Below, piece by piece: positions 20,519 through 30,503 of a stretch of 64,000 nt of DNA. The notes below the pieces were generated by a model. It searched no databases and was not told the origin of the DNA. It worked only from the letters and a program-made list of their open reading frames with translations. The stretch spans positions 1,888,001-1,952,000 of the forward strand of contig CAWDVE010000010.1 of assembly GCA_963805625.1 (NCBI GenBank). Reading direction: 5' to 3'. The first letter of the stretch is position 1. Every line of letters starts with the position of its first letter. This DNA is from an uncultured Candidatus Rokubacteria bacterium (GTDB lineage: Bacteria; Methylomirabilota; Methylomirabilia; Rokubacteriales; DASRDR01). The translations under genes were made by a program, and so were the position numbers.

Positions 20519-20650
20519 GTGATCGCCGCCATCTACGCCCGCACGTCCACGGAGCAGAACGCCGTCGGTGACGAGACGAAGTCCGTCACCCGCCAGGTCT
20601 AGCACGCAAAGAGGTACGCCGCGCAGCGGGGTTGGGTCGTCCCCGAGGAC
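20519..20650 (+). pseudogene. N-terminal remnant of a large serine recombinase
   Basis: VIAAIYARTSTEQNAVGDETKSVTRQV*HAKRYAAQRGWVV: resolvase catalytic YxRxS motif, in-frame TAG, then truncated. Confidence 0.75.
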
Positions 20651-20858
20651 CAGCCGCGGGTCCAGGGGCTTGAGCATCCGACCCCGGGCCTGCTCTCCAT
20701 GTCCACCCGGCCACCGTTTGCGCCCCATGTCCGTGATGGCAGAGAGCTAGCCGGCCTGTGGAGTCCTCGCCCCATTGGGGCGGGAAGTCCTCGATCTCTG
20801 GGGTTGGGCCTGCCACGCCCCACACGGATGACAACGAAAAACTGGGCACTTACGGCAC

Positions 20859-20874
20859 GGGCGCGATTCTTGCT
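20859..20874 (+). promoter_or_regulatory. Putative sigma-54 promoter, with upstream dyad sites (GCCCCATTGGGGC near 20769) as possible enhancer
   Basis: GGGCGCGATTCTTGCT has GG-N10-GC spacing with TTGC. Confidence 0.55.
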
Positions 20875-20887
20875 CAGCAGGAAGGGC

Positions 20888-21802
20888 ATGCGCTCCCGCC
20901 CGGACCCGGCTACCGGTGATCCGCGAGGCCCAGGACGGGTCAGGCCGGGGATCGGGGGCTGCCCCGTCGTCCTGCTCCCGTTTCTGCTTCTGCTCTGGCT
21001 GCTGAATGCCGCGGCGCCAGTTCAGGCAGGGGTCGGCATGCCCGAGATTGGCTCGCTCCAGATCGGACCCTACCGAGCCCATCTCCTGAACGACTCTGCC
21101 GGACTCCGCAGAGGCACCAACACGCTGACGGTCCACATCCCCGACCTGCCCGTCGGCGACGACGTGACGCTACGCCTGTACGGCCCGGGGGGCGAGCTGA
21201 TCGACGTTCCGCTCCGCCCGCTGCGAGTGCTGAGCGGTCCGGAAGGAGGCCACGCCGTCGCCACGGCTTCAGCCGCCGCACCGGCGCACGACTCCACCGC
21301 GAGTGCGGGCCACGCGCACGGACAGGCACCGGAGGGGGCTGCCGGCTCGGATGATCACGCGAGACATCGCGACCAGCAGGCTCATCGCGAGACACCCGCC
21401 GGCGAGACCGCCCCCGCCCCTCACGCTCATGCCCATGGTCAGCCCAGCCACGGCTCGGACGTCGCCGGTGGGAACGCCGCCGGAGCTCATGCTCCCGATG
21501 AGGCGACCCATGCCGGCGCCACCCGGGCAGAGGCTCCGGGCGGCCACGGCACGGCGGCCCATGGCGGCGCGGTCTTCTCAGGCTTTGCGGCGCGAGGGGC
21601 GGCGAGGCTTCCGGCCACGGGCGCCTGGCGAGCGGTCCTGACTGCCGGCGACGGACGCGGGGAGCCGCTGACCGGCGAGCTGGTGCTCAACGTCACCACG
21701 GACGGCCCGAATCTCCTCTACCTCGGGTTCCTGGGATTCCTGAGCGGCGGGTCGGTGCTGTACGGCTGGACCCATCGCCGGCGCGCTGAATCGAGGGATT
21801 AG
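20888..21802 (+). CDS. His-rich exported protein with C-terminal membrane anchor (YtkA/FixH-like Ig fold suspected); start uncertain
   Basis: Hydrophobic signal ending in VQA, beta-rich segments around a roughly 100 aa His/Ala/Gly insert, C-terminal TM helix and RRR. Confidence 0.7.
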   Translation: MRSRPDPATGDPRGPGRVRPGIGGCPVVLLPFLLLLWLLNAAAPVQAGVGMPEIGSLQIGPYRAHLLNDSAGLRRGTNTLTVHIPDLPVGDDVTLRLYGPGGELIDVPLRPLRVLSGPEGGHAVATASAAAPAHDSTASAGHAHGQAPEGAAGSDDHARHRDQQAHRETPAGETAPAPHAHAHGQPSHGSDVAGGNAAGAHAPDEATHAGATRAEAPGGHGTAAHGGAVFSGFAARGAARLPATGAWRAVLTAGDGRGEPLTGELVLNVTTDGPNLLYLGFLGFLSGGSVLYGWTHRRRAESRD

Positions 21803-21806
21803 CCAG

Positions 21807-23162
21807 ATGCCATCTGTTGCCTCCGCGCCTTCCCGAAACCTCCTGGGCACCCCCTGGGTGCGAGCCTTCCTCAAGAGCCGGTGGTTTCCCGCGGTCCTCG
21901 CCTACCCGACCCTGGTCGTGTTCGGCTACATCGTGTACGCCTTGCTCTTTGGCCCCGGCGCCGCCTCCGCCAACCTGGGCACCACTCTGACCTGGGTCCT
22001 GTGGTGGCCACTGATCCCGCTGCTGATGTTCGCGCTCGGCCGATTCTGGTGTGCCATCTGCCCGTTCGCCACCGTCATCGATACGGTCCAGAAGCTCGCG
22101 GGGCTCGGGCGGCCGGTCACGCCATTCCTGAAGCGCTACGGGATCTGGATCATCGATGCGACCTTCATTCTCATCACCTGGGCCGATCATGTCTTCGGGA
22201 TCGTGGAGTCGCCCCGGGGATCAGGATACCTGCTGGCGATGCTCGTCACCGCCTCGGTGGTGACCGCGGTGTTCTACGAGCGGCGAGCCTGGTGCCGGTT
22301 CCTCTGCTTCCTGGGGGGGCTGTCCGGCAACTATTCCCGCCTGGCGGCGATCGAGCTGCGGGCGACCCCTGAGATCTGCGCCACCTGCAAGACTCAGAGC
22401 TGCTACCGGGGTGACGGTCAGGCACTGGGCTGCCCGGTGTTCGAGTTTCCCAGGACCATGATCAGCAGTGCGAACTGTAGCCTGTGCGCCAACTGCATCA
22501 AGCTCTGTCCGAATGACTCGATCCGGCTCATGGCGCGGACCCCGACGAGGGAGCTCTGGTTCATGTCCAGGCCCCGCTTCGAGGAGTCATTCCTCGCCGC
22601 GGTCATCGTCGGGATCGTGCTGGTGCAGAACGTGACCATGCTGTCCTTCTGGGAGCCGGTCATGGACTGGCTGACACACCTCCTGGTCGGCAGTCGGACG
22701 CTCGCCTTCACCGCCATCTTCACCACCGCCATGGCGGTCCCCTTCGGGATGATGACGGCGGCCGCCCGGCTGAGCGGCGCCGCCACGGGCGAGTCGGTGT
22801 CCAAGAACTTCGCCCGGTTCGGCTACGCCGTCATCCCGCTCGATCTGGCCGGGCACATCGCCCACAACCTGTTCCACCTACTGTCCGAGGGAAAGGCCGT
22901 CTTCTTCAACGCGGCGGCACTGGTCGACTACCATGTGACGGGATCTGCGGAGCTGGTCTCCCCGGGCACGGTGATGATGCTGCAGTTCGTCATCGTCGGA
23001 CTCGGGATCGCAGGCTCGATCTACACGGCGACGCGGATCGCCGAGCGGCCCGGATCCACGGCGCATCCCTTCCGGGCGCTGATCCCGCACGGGGTCGTCC
23101 TGATCCTCTTCGGGCTCGTCAACCTCTACCTCTTCACTCTGCCGATGGTGCACCGGGTGTAA
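21807..23162 (+). CDS. Polytopic membrane 4Fe-4S binding protein (FixG/NosR/RdxA-like)
   Basis: GRFWCAICP, RAWCRFLC, CATCKTQSC, CSLCANCIKLCP and GHIAHN motifs; multiple TM helices. Confidence 0.9.
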   Translation: MPSVASAPSRNLLGTPWVRAFLKSRWFPAVLAYPTLVVFGYIVYALLFGPGAASANLGTTLTWVLWWPLIPLLMFALGRFWCAICPFATVIDTVQKLAGLGRPVTPFLKRYGIWIIDATFILITWADHVFGIVESPRGSGYLLAMLVTASVVTAVFYERRAWCRFLCFLGGLSGNYSRLAAIELRATPEICATCKTQSCYRGDGQALGCPVFEFPRTMISSANCSLCANCIKLCPNDSIRLMARTPTRELWFMSRPRFEESFLAAVIVGIVLVQNVTMLSFWEPVMDWLTHLLVGSRTLAFTAIFTTAMAVPFGMMTAAARLSGAATGESVSKNFARFGYAVIPLDLAGHIAHNLFHLLSEGKAVFFNAAALVDYHVTGSAELVSPGTVMMLQFVIVGLGIAGSIYTATRIAERPGSTAHPFRALIPHGVVLILFGLVNLYLFTLPMVHRV

Positions 23163-23222
23163 GCCTTCGGGCGCACGGAACGTAGAACCGCAGCGGCCGG
23201 TGTACGACATTGGTTCTCCCGG

Positions 23223-24080
23223 CTAGTGTCCGAAACGCCGATCGCGGGCCAGCCCACGCGCCCGGTCGATCTCGGCGATCACCTGCGCACCGACGAGCAG
23301 GACAACCGACGCCGCCTCCAGCGTGAGCAGCACGACGATGGCGGCAGCCATCGATCCGTAGATCAGGTTCACCATCGACAGCCGCGCGAAGTACCACACC
23401 AGCACCCGGCGAGCCACCTCCCAGAGCAGGGTCGCCGTGACACCACCGACGAGGGCGTGGCCGAACCGAACGTGGCCGACCGGGAGCACGACGTAGAGAG
23501 CGGTCAGCAGCAGCGCGAGACCGACGACGCCGAGCACGTAGAGCACGGCGCCCGCCAAGCCCACCGGGGGCCACGTGTACCCGAGCACGAGCACGGGTCG
23601 AACCGCGTGGAGCGCCCCGCTGATCACCGTGATCAGGAGCAGGCCGGCGCCGATCAGCATCATGAACATGTACGGGAGGAGCGCCGAGACGAAAAAATGG
23701 CGGTGCCGTGTCCTCGCGCGATGGTGAAAGATGACCGCCATGGCGCTCTCAGCCACGGTGAAGGCCGCCGAGCTGAAGAACAGGAGCGCCACGAGCCCGA
23801 CGATCCCGACGGTGTCGCGGTGGGCGAGGAAGCTCTCCACCTGGCCGACGATCATGGCACTCTGTGCCGGGATCACCAGCTCGAGATTCCAGGCCACCGT
23901 CTCCAGCAGTTGCCGCTCGTCGACGAGATGGGAGAGGCCGACCAGCAGCACCATGAAGAGGGGGACGATCGACAGCAGGGTGTAGTAGGCGACGGCGCCG
24001 GACAGGAGAAGTCCCTGGTTGCGCCGGAAGCCCGATCCGACGCGTCGCACGAAGTGGAGGAGGGATCTCGTCACGCGCAT
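23223..24080 (-). CDS. YihY/virulence factor BrkB family membrane protein
   Basis: AVAYYTLLSIVP, LLWE and IYGS motifs. Confidence 0.92.
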   Translation of the reverse strand: MRVTRSLLHFVRRVGSGFRRNQGLLLSGAVAYYTLLSIVPLFMVLLVGLSHLVDERQLLETVAWNLELVIPAQSAMIVGQVESFLAHRDTVGIVGLVALLFFSSAAFTVAESAMAVIFHHRARTRHRHFFVSALLPYMFMMLIGAGLLLITVISGALHAVRPVLVLGYTWPPVGLAGAVLYVLGVVGLALLLTALYVVLPVGHVRFGHALVGGVTATLLWEVARRVLVWYFARLSMVNLIYGSMAAAIVVLLTLEAASVVLLVGAQVIAEIDRARGLARDRRFGH

Positions 24081-24264
24081 CGTTCTGATCCGGGCGGGGT
24101 GCCGTCGATCGCGACCGCGCCCATTCTAGCACCGGGATCGACCTCATGATCGGATCGCAATCCGCCCCGCCGCGGATTGTGGAGCGATACTGCGTTGCCG
24201 CCCGCGGCGCCGTCAAGGCGCGGGCGCTGCTTCGGTGCGAGCGGTCGCCCGGTCGGCGACGCGC

Positions 24265-24308
24265 TTGACACGTCCCGACTCCCGGTGCTACCGGTATTGT
24301 CTAGACAA
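24265..24308 (+). promoter_or_regulatory. Sigma-70 -35 box plus a GntR/HutC-type operator (autoregulation)
   Basis: TTGACA at 24265; perfect palindrome TTGTCTAGACAA at 24297-24308 matches the HutC-subfamily GT-N-TA-N-AC consensus. Confidence 0.75.
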
Positions 24309-24316
24309 CTAGACCG

Positions 24317-25075
24317 ATGGCGACACACGCGACGGTCCTGATGGAGGCGCGGCTCGGAGGGCGGGTCCCCCGCTACCTCCAGATCGCGGACGCGCTCCGC
24401 CGGCGCCTGGCCGCCGGCTCGGCCGGCCGGGCGGCGCGGCTGCCGTCGGAGCCCGCCCTCGCCACCGAGTTCCGGGTGAGCCGGGAAACTCTGCGCGAGG
24501 CGCTGGCCCTCCTGCGGGACGAGGGGCTGATCTACTCGCTCGTCGGCCGCGGCACCTTCGCGAGCCCGGGCTACCGGCAGGTGGGGGTGCGCATCACCCA
24601 GCCGATCAACGAGCCCTACGTCGCGGGACGGCCCAGCGTCCTGAAGGTCCTCGAGCAGGGCTTCGTGGCAGCGCCGGCCGAGACGAGCCGGGCCCTGGGC
24701 CTGCCGGCGCGGACCCAGGTGTACTGCTATCGCTCGCTGCGAACGATCCGGGGCCGCCCGTTCCGCTACGGGCGCGTCTACCTGCCCCGGGAGATCGCCG
24801 AGCGGCTCGACCTCGGCCGACCGCCGGAGCTCACCGTCTCCGAGCGGGTCGAGCGCGAGGCGGGGATCCGGCTGATCCGAGCGCACCAGGTCGTGATGGC
24901 CGTGGCGGCGCCGGCCGAGGTCGCACGACGCTTCGGTCTCGGGACCCGGAGCCCGGTCTTGATGTTCCGCCGGACCTACTACCAGGACACCGGGCGGCCG
25001 GCGGAGTTCGTCCTCGAGTATCAGAACTCGGCGCGGTTCCCCTACGAGGAAGCGCTCGTTCGGACGACGCGCTGA
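24317..25075 (+). CDS. GntR (HutC/UTRA) transcriptional regulator
   Basis: PRYLQIAD, LPSE-LA-EF-VSR-T-REAL and GRGTF motifs; C-terminal UTRA domain. Confidence 0.93.
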   Translation: MATHATVLMEARLGGRVPRYLQIADALRRRLAAGSAGRAARLPSEPALATEFRVSRETLREALALLRDEGLIYSLVGRGTFASPGYRQVGVRITQPINEPYVAGRPSVLKVLEQGFVAAPAETSRALGLPARTQVYCYRSLRTIRGRPFRYGRVYLPREIAERLDLGRPPELTVSERVEREAGIRLIRAHQVVMAVAAPAEVARRFGLGTRSPVLMFRRTYYQDTGRPAEFVLEYQNSARFPYEEALVRTTR

Positions 25076-25184
25076 CCCGATGGCGAAACCAGGAGTCGAA
25101 GGGAAGGCTGGCAGGCGGCGGCTCGGACGGAGCGGCCGAACTCCAGGAGCAGGTGGCCCAGTGATCCTGAGACAGGAGGCTTCC

Positions 25185-26786
25185 ATGAAGCGACGGATCT
25201 CGCGATGGGTGCTCGGGCTGGTGGCAAGCCTGACGTGCGCGCTGGTGTCGATTCCCGGGGCGGGCGCCCAGGAGCAGCCGCGTCGAGGCGGCACGCTGAC
25301 GGTCATCACGCCGTCGGACGTCTCGACGTTCGATCCACACCCGGCGGTCGGGTTCTCGGTCCGCGTGTTCGCGAACATCTACGAGCCCCTCTTCCGGAAG
25401 GACGAGAAGGGCGTGCTCCACGGGCACCTCGCCCAGTCGTGGCGCTTCCTCGATCCGACGAAGCTCCAGATCACGTTGCGGAAGGGCGTGAAGTTCCACA
25501 GCGGGAACGAGTTCACCGCCGAAGACGTGAAGTTCACGTACGAGCGGCAGCTGAACCCTGCCGACCTGGCGCGGGACGCGGCGGTCATCAAGATGCTCAA
25601 GACGCCGATCCAGGTCGTGGACCGCTACACGCTCGTCCTCGAGACGCGCGAGCCCAATGCGGCCCTCGTGGACACCCTCGCCCAGTCGCTGGCAACCCTG
25701 ATTCCGGACTCCGCAGAGGTCAAGAAGTGGGGTAAGGACTACGGGCTTCATCCTTCGGGAACGGGCCCGTTCAAGTTCGTCGAGTGGGTGCGCGGCCAGC
25801 ACGTGAAGCTCGCCCGGAACGCGGACTACTGGAACGGCCCGCCCTACCTCGACTTCCTGGTGTTCAAGGTGGTTCCCGAGGAGGCGACGCGGGTGCTGGC
25901 CCTCGAGAGCGGCGAGGCGGATGTGCTCTTCGAGACACCGCCGAGCGCGATCGCGACGCTCCGCAAGAACCCGAAGCTCCGGGTGAACCGGGTCCCGACC
26001 TACCGGGACGTCAACGTGCACTGGAACGCCATGAAGGCGCCGACGGACGACGTGCGGCTCCGGCGCGCGCTCTCGCAGGCGATCGACGTCAAGAGCATCG
26101 TCGAGGAGGTCATCACGGCCGACATCGGCCAGGTGGCGACCGGGATCTTCAACCCGAGCGTGTTCGGCGCGTGTGACGTGGGATTTCCCGTCTACAACCT
26201 CGCCCGGGCCAAGCAGGGCCTCGCGGAGCTCGGCTACCGGCCGGGCAAGGACGGCATCCTCGAGAAGGACGGCCGGCCGCTCACGCTGACGCTCGTGGTG
26301 AACCCGCAGCGCGACCCCCGCAACGGAGAGGTGGCCGAGGCAATCCAGGCCCAGCTCCGGGCGGCCGGCGTCGACATGAAGGTCAACGCCAACGAGTTCG
26401 CCACGTACATGAAGATCCTGCAGAGCCCCGAAGGCGACTACAACATGATCTTCCACGGGTACGGCGTGGCGACGGCGGACGCCGACCTGAAGGCCACCTT
26501 CTTCCTCAGCACGAACCTCCCGCCGGCGGGGCAGAACAGCCCCCGGTTCGCGAGCCCCGAGCTCGACGGGGTGATCCTGGCCGCCCAGCGCGAATCGAAC
26601 AAGGACAAGCGCAAGGAGCTCTACTGCAAGATGGGCCAGATCTACCGGGACCAGGCGCTCGGCTTGCCGCTCTACGCGTCGTTCCGGAACACGAGCGTCC
26701 AGGCCAACGTCAACGGCCTCGTCCTGCACCCGGACGAGTGGTACACGCAGACGTACACGCGCGCCTGGCTCGGGTCGAAGCCGTAG
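25185..26786 (+). CDS. ABC peptide/nickel substrate-binding protein (family 5)
   Basis: Signal peptide, [25 protein letters not shown]; AGGAGG RBS. Confidence 0.95.
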   Translation: MKRRISRWVLGLVASLTCALVSIPGAGAQEQPRRGGTLTVITPSDVSTFDPHPAVGFSVRVFANIYEPLFRKDEKGVLHGHLAQSWRFLDPTKLQITLRKGVKFHSGNEFTAEDVKFTYERQLNPADLARDAAVIKMLKTPIQVVDRYTLVLETREPNAALVDTLAQSLATLIPDSAEVKKWGKDYGLHPSGTGPFKFVEWVRGQHVKLARNADYWNGPPYLDFLVFKVVPEEATRVLALESGEADVLFETPPSAIATLRKNPKLRVNRVPTYRDVNVHWNAMKAPTDDVRLRRALSQAIDVKSIVEEVITADIGQVATGIFNPSVFGACDVGFPVYNLARAKQGLAELGYRPGKDGILEKDGRPLTLTLVVNPQRDPRNGEVAEAIQAQLRAAGVDMKVNANEFATYMKILQSPEGDYNMIFHGYGVATADADLKATFFLSTNLPPAGQNSPRFASPELDGVILAAQRESNKDKRKELYCKMGQIYRDQALGLPLYASFRNTSVQANVNGLVLHPDEWYTQTYTRAWLGSKP

Positions 26787-26798
26787 GACGGAATCGGC

Positions 26799-27743
26799 AT
26801 GGGCGCCTCGGGCGCCACGGGTCTCGCCGGCTACCTCGTCAAGCGGCTGCTGGGGATGCTGCTGCTACTGGCGGGGGTGACGTTCGTCGTATTCGGCATG
26901 ATGTACCTCGCCCCTGGCGATGTCACGGTCATGCTGGCGGCGAGCAGCCCCTCCCAGGAGCAGGTCGCCGCGATCCGGAGGGAGTTCGGTCTGGACCAGC
27001 CGCCCTGGGTCCAGTACGGCATGTTTCTTCGCCGGGTCGCGCAGGGTGACCTGGGTGACTCGTGGATCGACCGGCGGCCGGTGATGCCCCAGGTGCTGGA
27101 CGCCTTCGCGTACACGCTCCGGCTGGCCGCGGTGGCCCTGGCCTTGTCGGTGGCGCTCGGGACCGCCGGCGGCGTCGTCTCGGCCGTCCGGCACCGCTCC
27201 GTAACCGACGAATCGATCCTGACGGTGACGCTCCTCGGAATCTCGGTGCCAGTGTTCGTCACCGGGCTCCTGCTGATCTACACCTTCGCCTTCAAGCTCG
27301 GGTGGTTCCCCACCTCGGGCGCGGGGACGTGGCGCCATCTGGTCCTGCCAGCCTGCACGCTGGCGAGCTTCCTCACCGCCTACAACGTCCGGATGACGCG
27401 GGCGTGCATGCTCGAGGTGCTCGGCCAGGACTACGTGCGGACGGCCCGCGCGAAGGGCGTGCAGGAGCTCCTCGTCCTCGGGCGCCACGCTCTCCGGAAC
27501 GCCCTCGTGCCAATGGTGACCGTGATCGGCCTCCAGGTGGGGCTCCTCCTGGGCGGCTCGGTGATCACCGAGACCGTGTTCGGCTATCCCGGGGTGGGCC
27601 AACTGGTGGTGTCGGCGATCTCGGCCCGCGACACGCCGCTGGTCCAGGCGTGCGTGCTGGTGACCGCGAGCGGGTTCATCCTGGTCAACCTGCTCGTCGA
27701 CGTCAGCTACGTCCTGATCGACCCTCGGATCCGGCTGCCGTGA
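26799..27743 (+). CDS. ABC permease (DppB/OppB-like)
   Basis: DYVRTARAKG, HALRNA and DPRIR motifs. Confidence 0.95.
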   Translation: MGASGATGLAGYLVKRLLGMLLLLAGVTFVVFGMMYLAPGDVTVMLAASSPSQEQVAAIRREFGLDQPPWVQYGMFLRRVAQGDLGDSWIDRRPVMPQVLDAFAYTLRLAAVALALSVALGTAGGVVSAVRHRSVTDESILTVTLLGISVPVFVTGLLLIYTFAFKLGWFPTSGAGTWRHLVLPACTLASFLTAYNVRMTRACMLEVLGQDYVRTARAKGVQELLVLGRHALRNALVPMVTVIGLQVGLLLGGSVITETVFGYPGVGQLVVSAISARDTPLVQACVLVTASGFILVNLLVDVSYVLIDPRIRLP

Positions 27744-27789
27744 CGCGGCGGGTGACGGATCCGGCCGGCGCGGGCGCCAACGTTCGCAA

Positions 27790-28647
27790 ATGATCGAGGC
27801 GGGAGAGACCGGATCGCGCCGAGTCTGGCGCGCCCTCCGCCAGCCTCGGGCGGCCGCCGGAGTCATCGTGCTGGCGGCGCTCCTGGCGGGGGCCCTCGGC
27901 GCGGACTGGCTGGCTCCTCACGACCCGGCCCGGGCCGACCTGAAGCTCCGCCTGAAGCCGCCGAGCCGCGAGTACCCGCTCGGCACCGACTGGATCGGGC
28001 GCTGCCTGCTCAGCCGGCTGCTCTACGGCGTCCGTCTCACCCTCGCGGTGGGCGTGGTGACCGTCGCAGCCGGCGTGGCGGTGGGCGTGGCCCTCGGCCT
28101 CCTGGCCGGCTTCTACGGCGGCGTGCTGGAGGGGGTCATCATGCGGGCCACCGACCTCCTGCTCGCCTTTCCCTACTTCCTGCTCACGATCGTCTTCGTG
28201 GCCGTTCTCGGGCCGAGCCTCCTGAACGCGATGATCGCCATTGCCGCGTGGACGGCGCCGCACTACGTCCGGCTCGTCCGGTCGGTGGTCCTCTCGGTGA
28301 AGGGGCGGGAGTTCGTGGAGGCCGCGCGCGCGCTCGGGCGGCCGGAATTCGGAATCCTCACCCGCCACGTCCTGCCGGCCTGCGTGCCGACCCTCGTCGT
28401 GCAGGCGGCCATCTTCTGCGCACAGAACATGCTGATGGGGGCGAGCCTGAGCTTCCTCGGGCTGGGCGCCCAGCCGCCGTCTCCCGAGCTCGGGGCGATG
28501 CTCGGCGCCGGACGCCAGTACCTGAGGGTCGCGCCCCAGGTGGTCGCGGTCCCCGCTCTGGGCATCTTCCTCGGCGTGCTCGCCTTCAATTTCCTCGGGG
28601 ACGCCCTCCGGGACCATCTCGACCCCACCGCAGGGCGGGCTGCGTGA
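27790..28647 (+). CDS. ABC permease (DppC/OppC-like)
   Basis: LGTDWIGR, EFVEAARALG, LSFLGLG and GDALRD motifs. Confidence 0.95.
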   Translation: MIEAGETGSRRVWRALRQPRAAAGVIVLAALLAGALGADWLAPHDPARADLKLRLKPPSREYPLGTDWIGRCLLSRLLYGVRLTLAVGVVTVAAGVAVGVALGLLAGFYGGVLEGVIMRATDLLLAFPYFLLTIVFVAVLGPSLLNAMIAIAAWTAPHYVRLVRSVVLSVKGREFVEAARALGRPEFGILTRHVLPACVPTLVVQAAIFCAQNMLMGASLSFLGLGAQPPSPELGAMLGAGRQYLRVAPQVVAVPALGIFLGVLAFNFLGDALRDHLDPTAGRAA

Positions 28648-28712
28648 AGAGGCCCGTCCCCGACCCGCGTCGCCACGGCCGGCCGTCCATTCCCTGACCG
28701 ACAGGAGCCTCC

Positions 28713-29411
28713 ATGCCCAGACTGCCGACCATCTACACCGCGCGCTCGGACGTCGAGACCGCCCATCTCGCCCGCGTCGAGGACTGGTACGCGCGCCGTC
28801 ACGCCCCGGATCTGATCCGGGCGGGGTTCTACACCGCCCAGGTCTACTACTCGGAGGTCGGGGCGCCCCGGATCTGCAACCTCTACGAGATCCCCGGGCC
28901 CGATCTGTTCGTCACCCAGGGTTACCGGGACGTGGCCGCCAAGGACACGGAAGGTCCGGCGGTGATCGCCCTCCTCACCAGCCGTTCGAACACGATCTAC
29001 GACCAGGTGCTGACGGTCAACGTGCCAGCGGTGGACGTCGACTGGGCGGCGGGAGGACGGACCGGCGGCGTGGTGGCCCCTGCCCTGTCCACGGTCCGGT
29101 TCGAGCTGCCGGAGGCGGACGAGGGCGCGCTCCTCGAATGGTACCGGTCGCGGGAGTTCCCGCGGCTCCAGGATCAACAGGGATTTCGGGCGGGGCGGCT
29201 CTGCCGGCAGGGTCCACCTCACCCGGTGGCCTCCTCGCGCGATCCCCGCTGGTTCGTGATCAACGAGTGGGAGGGCGTCATGGCGGCGATGGCCGACGGG
29301 ACGACGAAGGAGGCCCTGGCCCGGCACGAAGCCGGATTGACGGGCCACCTGAGCCGGTTCGCCTACAATGTGGGTCGCCGGCACTTCCAGCTGGCGCGGA
29401 CGGCGGTCTAG
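28713..29411 (+). CDS. Hypothetical tandem dimeric alpha-beta barrel (EthD/DUF4286-like) protein
   Basis: Two repeats, DWYARRHAPDL...GF and EWYRSREFPRL...GF; AGGAG RBS. Confidence 0.65.
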   Translation: MPRLPTIYTARSDVETAHLARVEDWYARRHAPDLIRAGFYTAQVYYSEVGAPRICNLYEIPGPDLFVTQGYRDVAAKDTEGPAVIALLTSRSNTIYDQVLTVNVPAVDVDWAAGGRTGGVVAPALSTVRFELPEADEGALLEWYRSREFPRLQDQQGFRAGRLCRQGPPHPVASSRDPRWFVINEWEGVMAAMADGTTKEALARHEAGLTGHLSRFAYNVGRRHFQLARTAV

Positions 29412-29488
29412 GTGGCGCCGATGGATGGCCACCGCCCAGCGCTGTGGCCGCTCGGTGTCACGACACCCGACCGGAGAGAGGCGAGAGG

Positions 29489-30490
29489 ATGACAGAGAAG
29501 AGCCGGATGAAGCTGGGGATGACGCTCCCGATCGGTGTCGGCGCGCTGGGCGACGGCAAGCCGGTGCCCTGGACCGCGCTGCGGGAGATCGCGAAGCGCG
29601 GCGAGGAGGTCGGGTTCGACACGATCATGGCGCCGGACCACCTCATCTTCCGCCGGTCGCCGCCCGGAAACGTGCCGGCCATCGACATGCCGGAGGGCAA
29701 GAGCCGCGGCATCTGGGAGGTGTGGTCGGTGCTCAGCGCGGTGGCGGAGGCGACCCGCCGCATCCACCTCGGCACGCTCGTCGTCTGCACCGGCTTCCGC
29801 AACCCCGCGCTCCTGGCGAAGATGGCGGACACGCTGGACGAGATCAGCGGGGGGCGCGTCATGCTGGGCCTGGGCGCCGGCTGGCACCAGCCGGAGTACG
29901 AGGCCTTCGGCTACCCCTTCGACCACCGGGTGGGCCGCTTCGAGGAGGCGCTCCAGATCATCGTGCCGCTTCTGCGGCAGGGGCGGGTCGACTTCCAGGG
30001 CCAGTACTATCAGGCGCGGGCGTGCGAGCTTCTGCCCCGCGGGCCGCGCCCGAACGGGCTTCCGATCTTCATCGGGGCGCAGGGACCGCGGATGCTGCGG
30101 CTGGCGGCGCGCTACGCCGACAGCTTCGACGCCGATTACCAGACCGGGCCGGGGCCCGTCCTCGAGCGGCTCGCCGGTCTCGAGGCGGCGTGCCGCGACG
30201 TCGGACGCGATCCCGCCAGCATCGGCCGCATGGCCGCGACGCGCGTGGCCCTGGCCGGCCCGGGCAGCGCTTCCGGCTTCCAGGTCGGTCCCGCGAAGGA
30301 CGGCGTCGCCCAGTTCGACCTCGCCGGCGTGCGATTCCCCGCCCGGCTCGGCTCCGTGGAGGAGGTCGCCGCCCACCTCCGGGCGTTCGAGGCCATCGGG
30401 ATCGAGCACCTGACGGTCAACGTCGTCGACCCGCCCGGCGCGCGCGGCATCGAGCGCTTCGGGGCCGTGATCGAGGCGCTTCGCCGGTAG
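29489..30490 (+). CDS. LLM class flavin-dependent oxidoreductase
   Basis: GFD-I-APDH, RNPALLAKMA-TLD-ISGGR-LGLGAGW and GPRMLRLAA motifs. Confidence 0.95.
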   Translation: MTEKSRMKLGMTLPIGVGALGDGKPVPWTALREIAKRGEEVGFDTIMAPDHLIFRRSPPGNVPAIDMPEGKSRGIWEVWSVLSAVAEATRRIHLGTLVVCTGFRNPALLAKMADTLDEISGGRVMLGLGAGWHQPEYEAFGYPFDHRVGRFEEALQIIVPLLRQGRVDFQGQYYQARACELLPRGPRPNGLPIFIGAQGPRMLRLAARYADSFDADYQTGPGPVLERLAGLEAACRDVGRDPASIGRMAATRVALAGPGSASGFQVGPAKDGVAQFDLAGVRFPARLGSVEEVAAHLRAFEAIGIEHLTVNVVDPPGARGIERFGAVIEALRR

Positions 30491-30503
30491 CGGCCCTTCT
30501 CAC

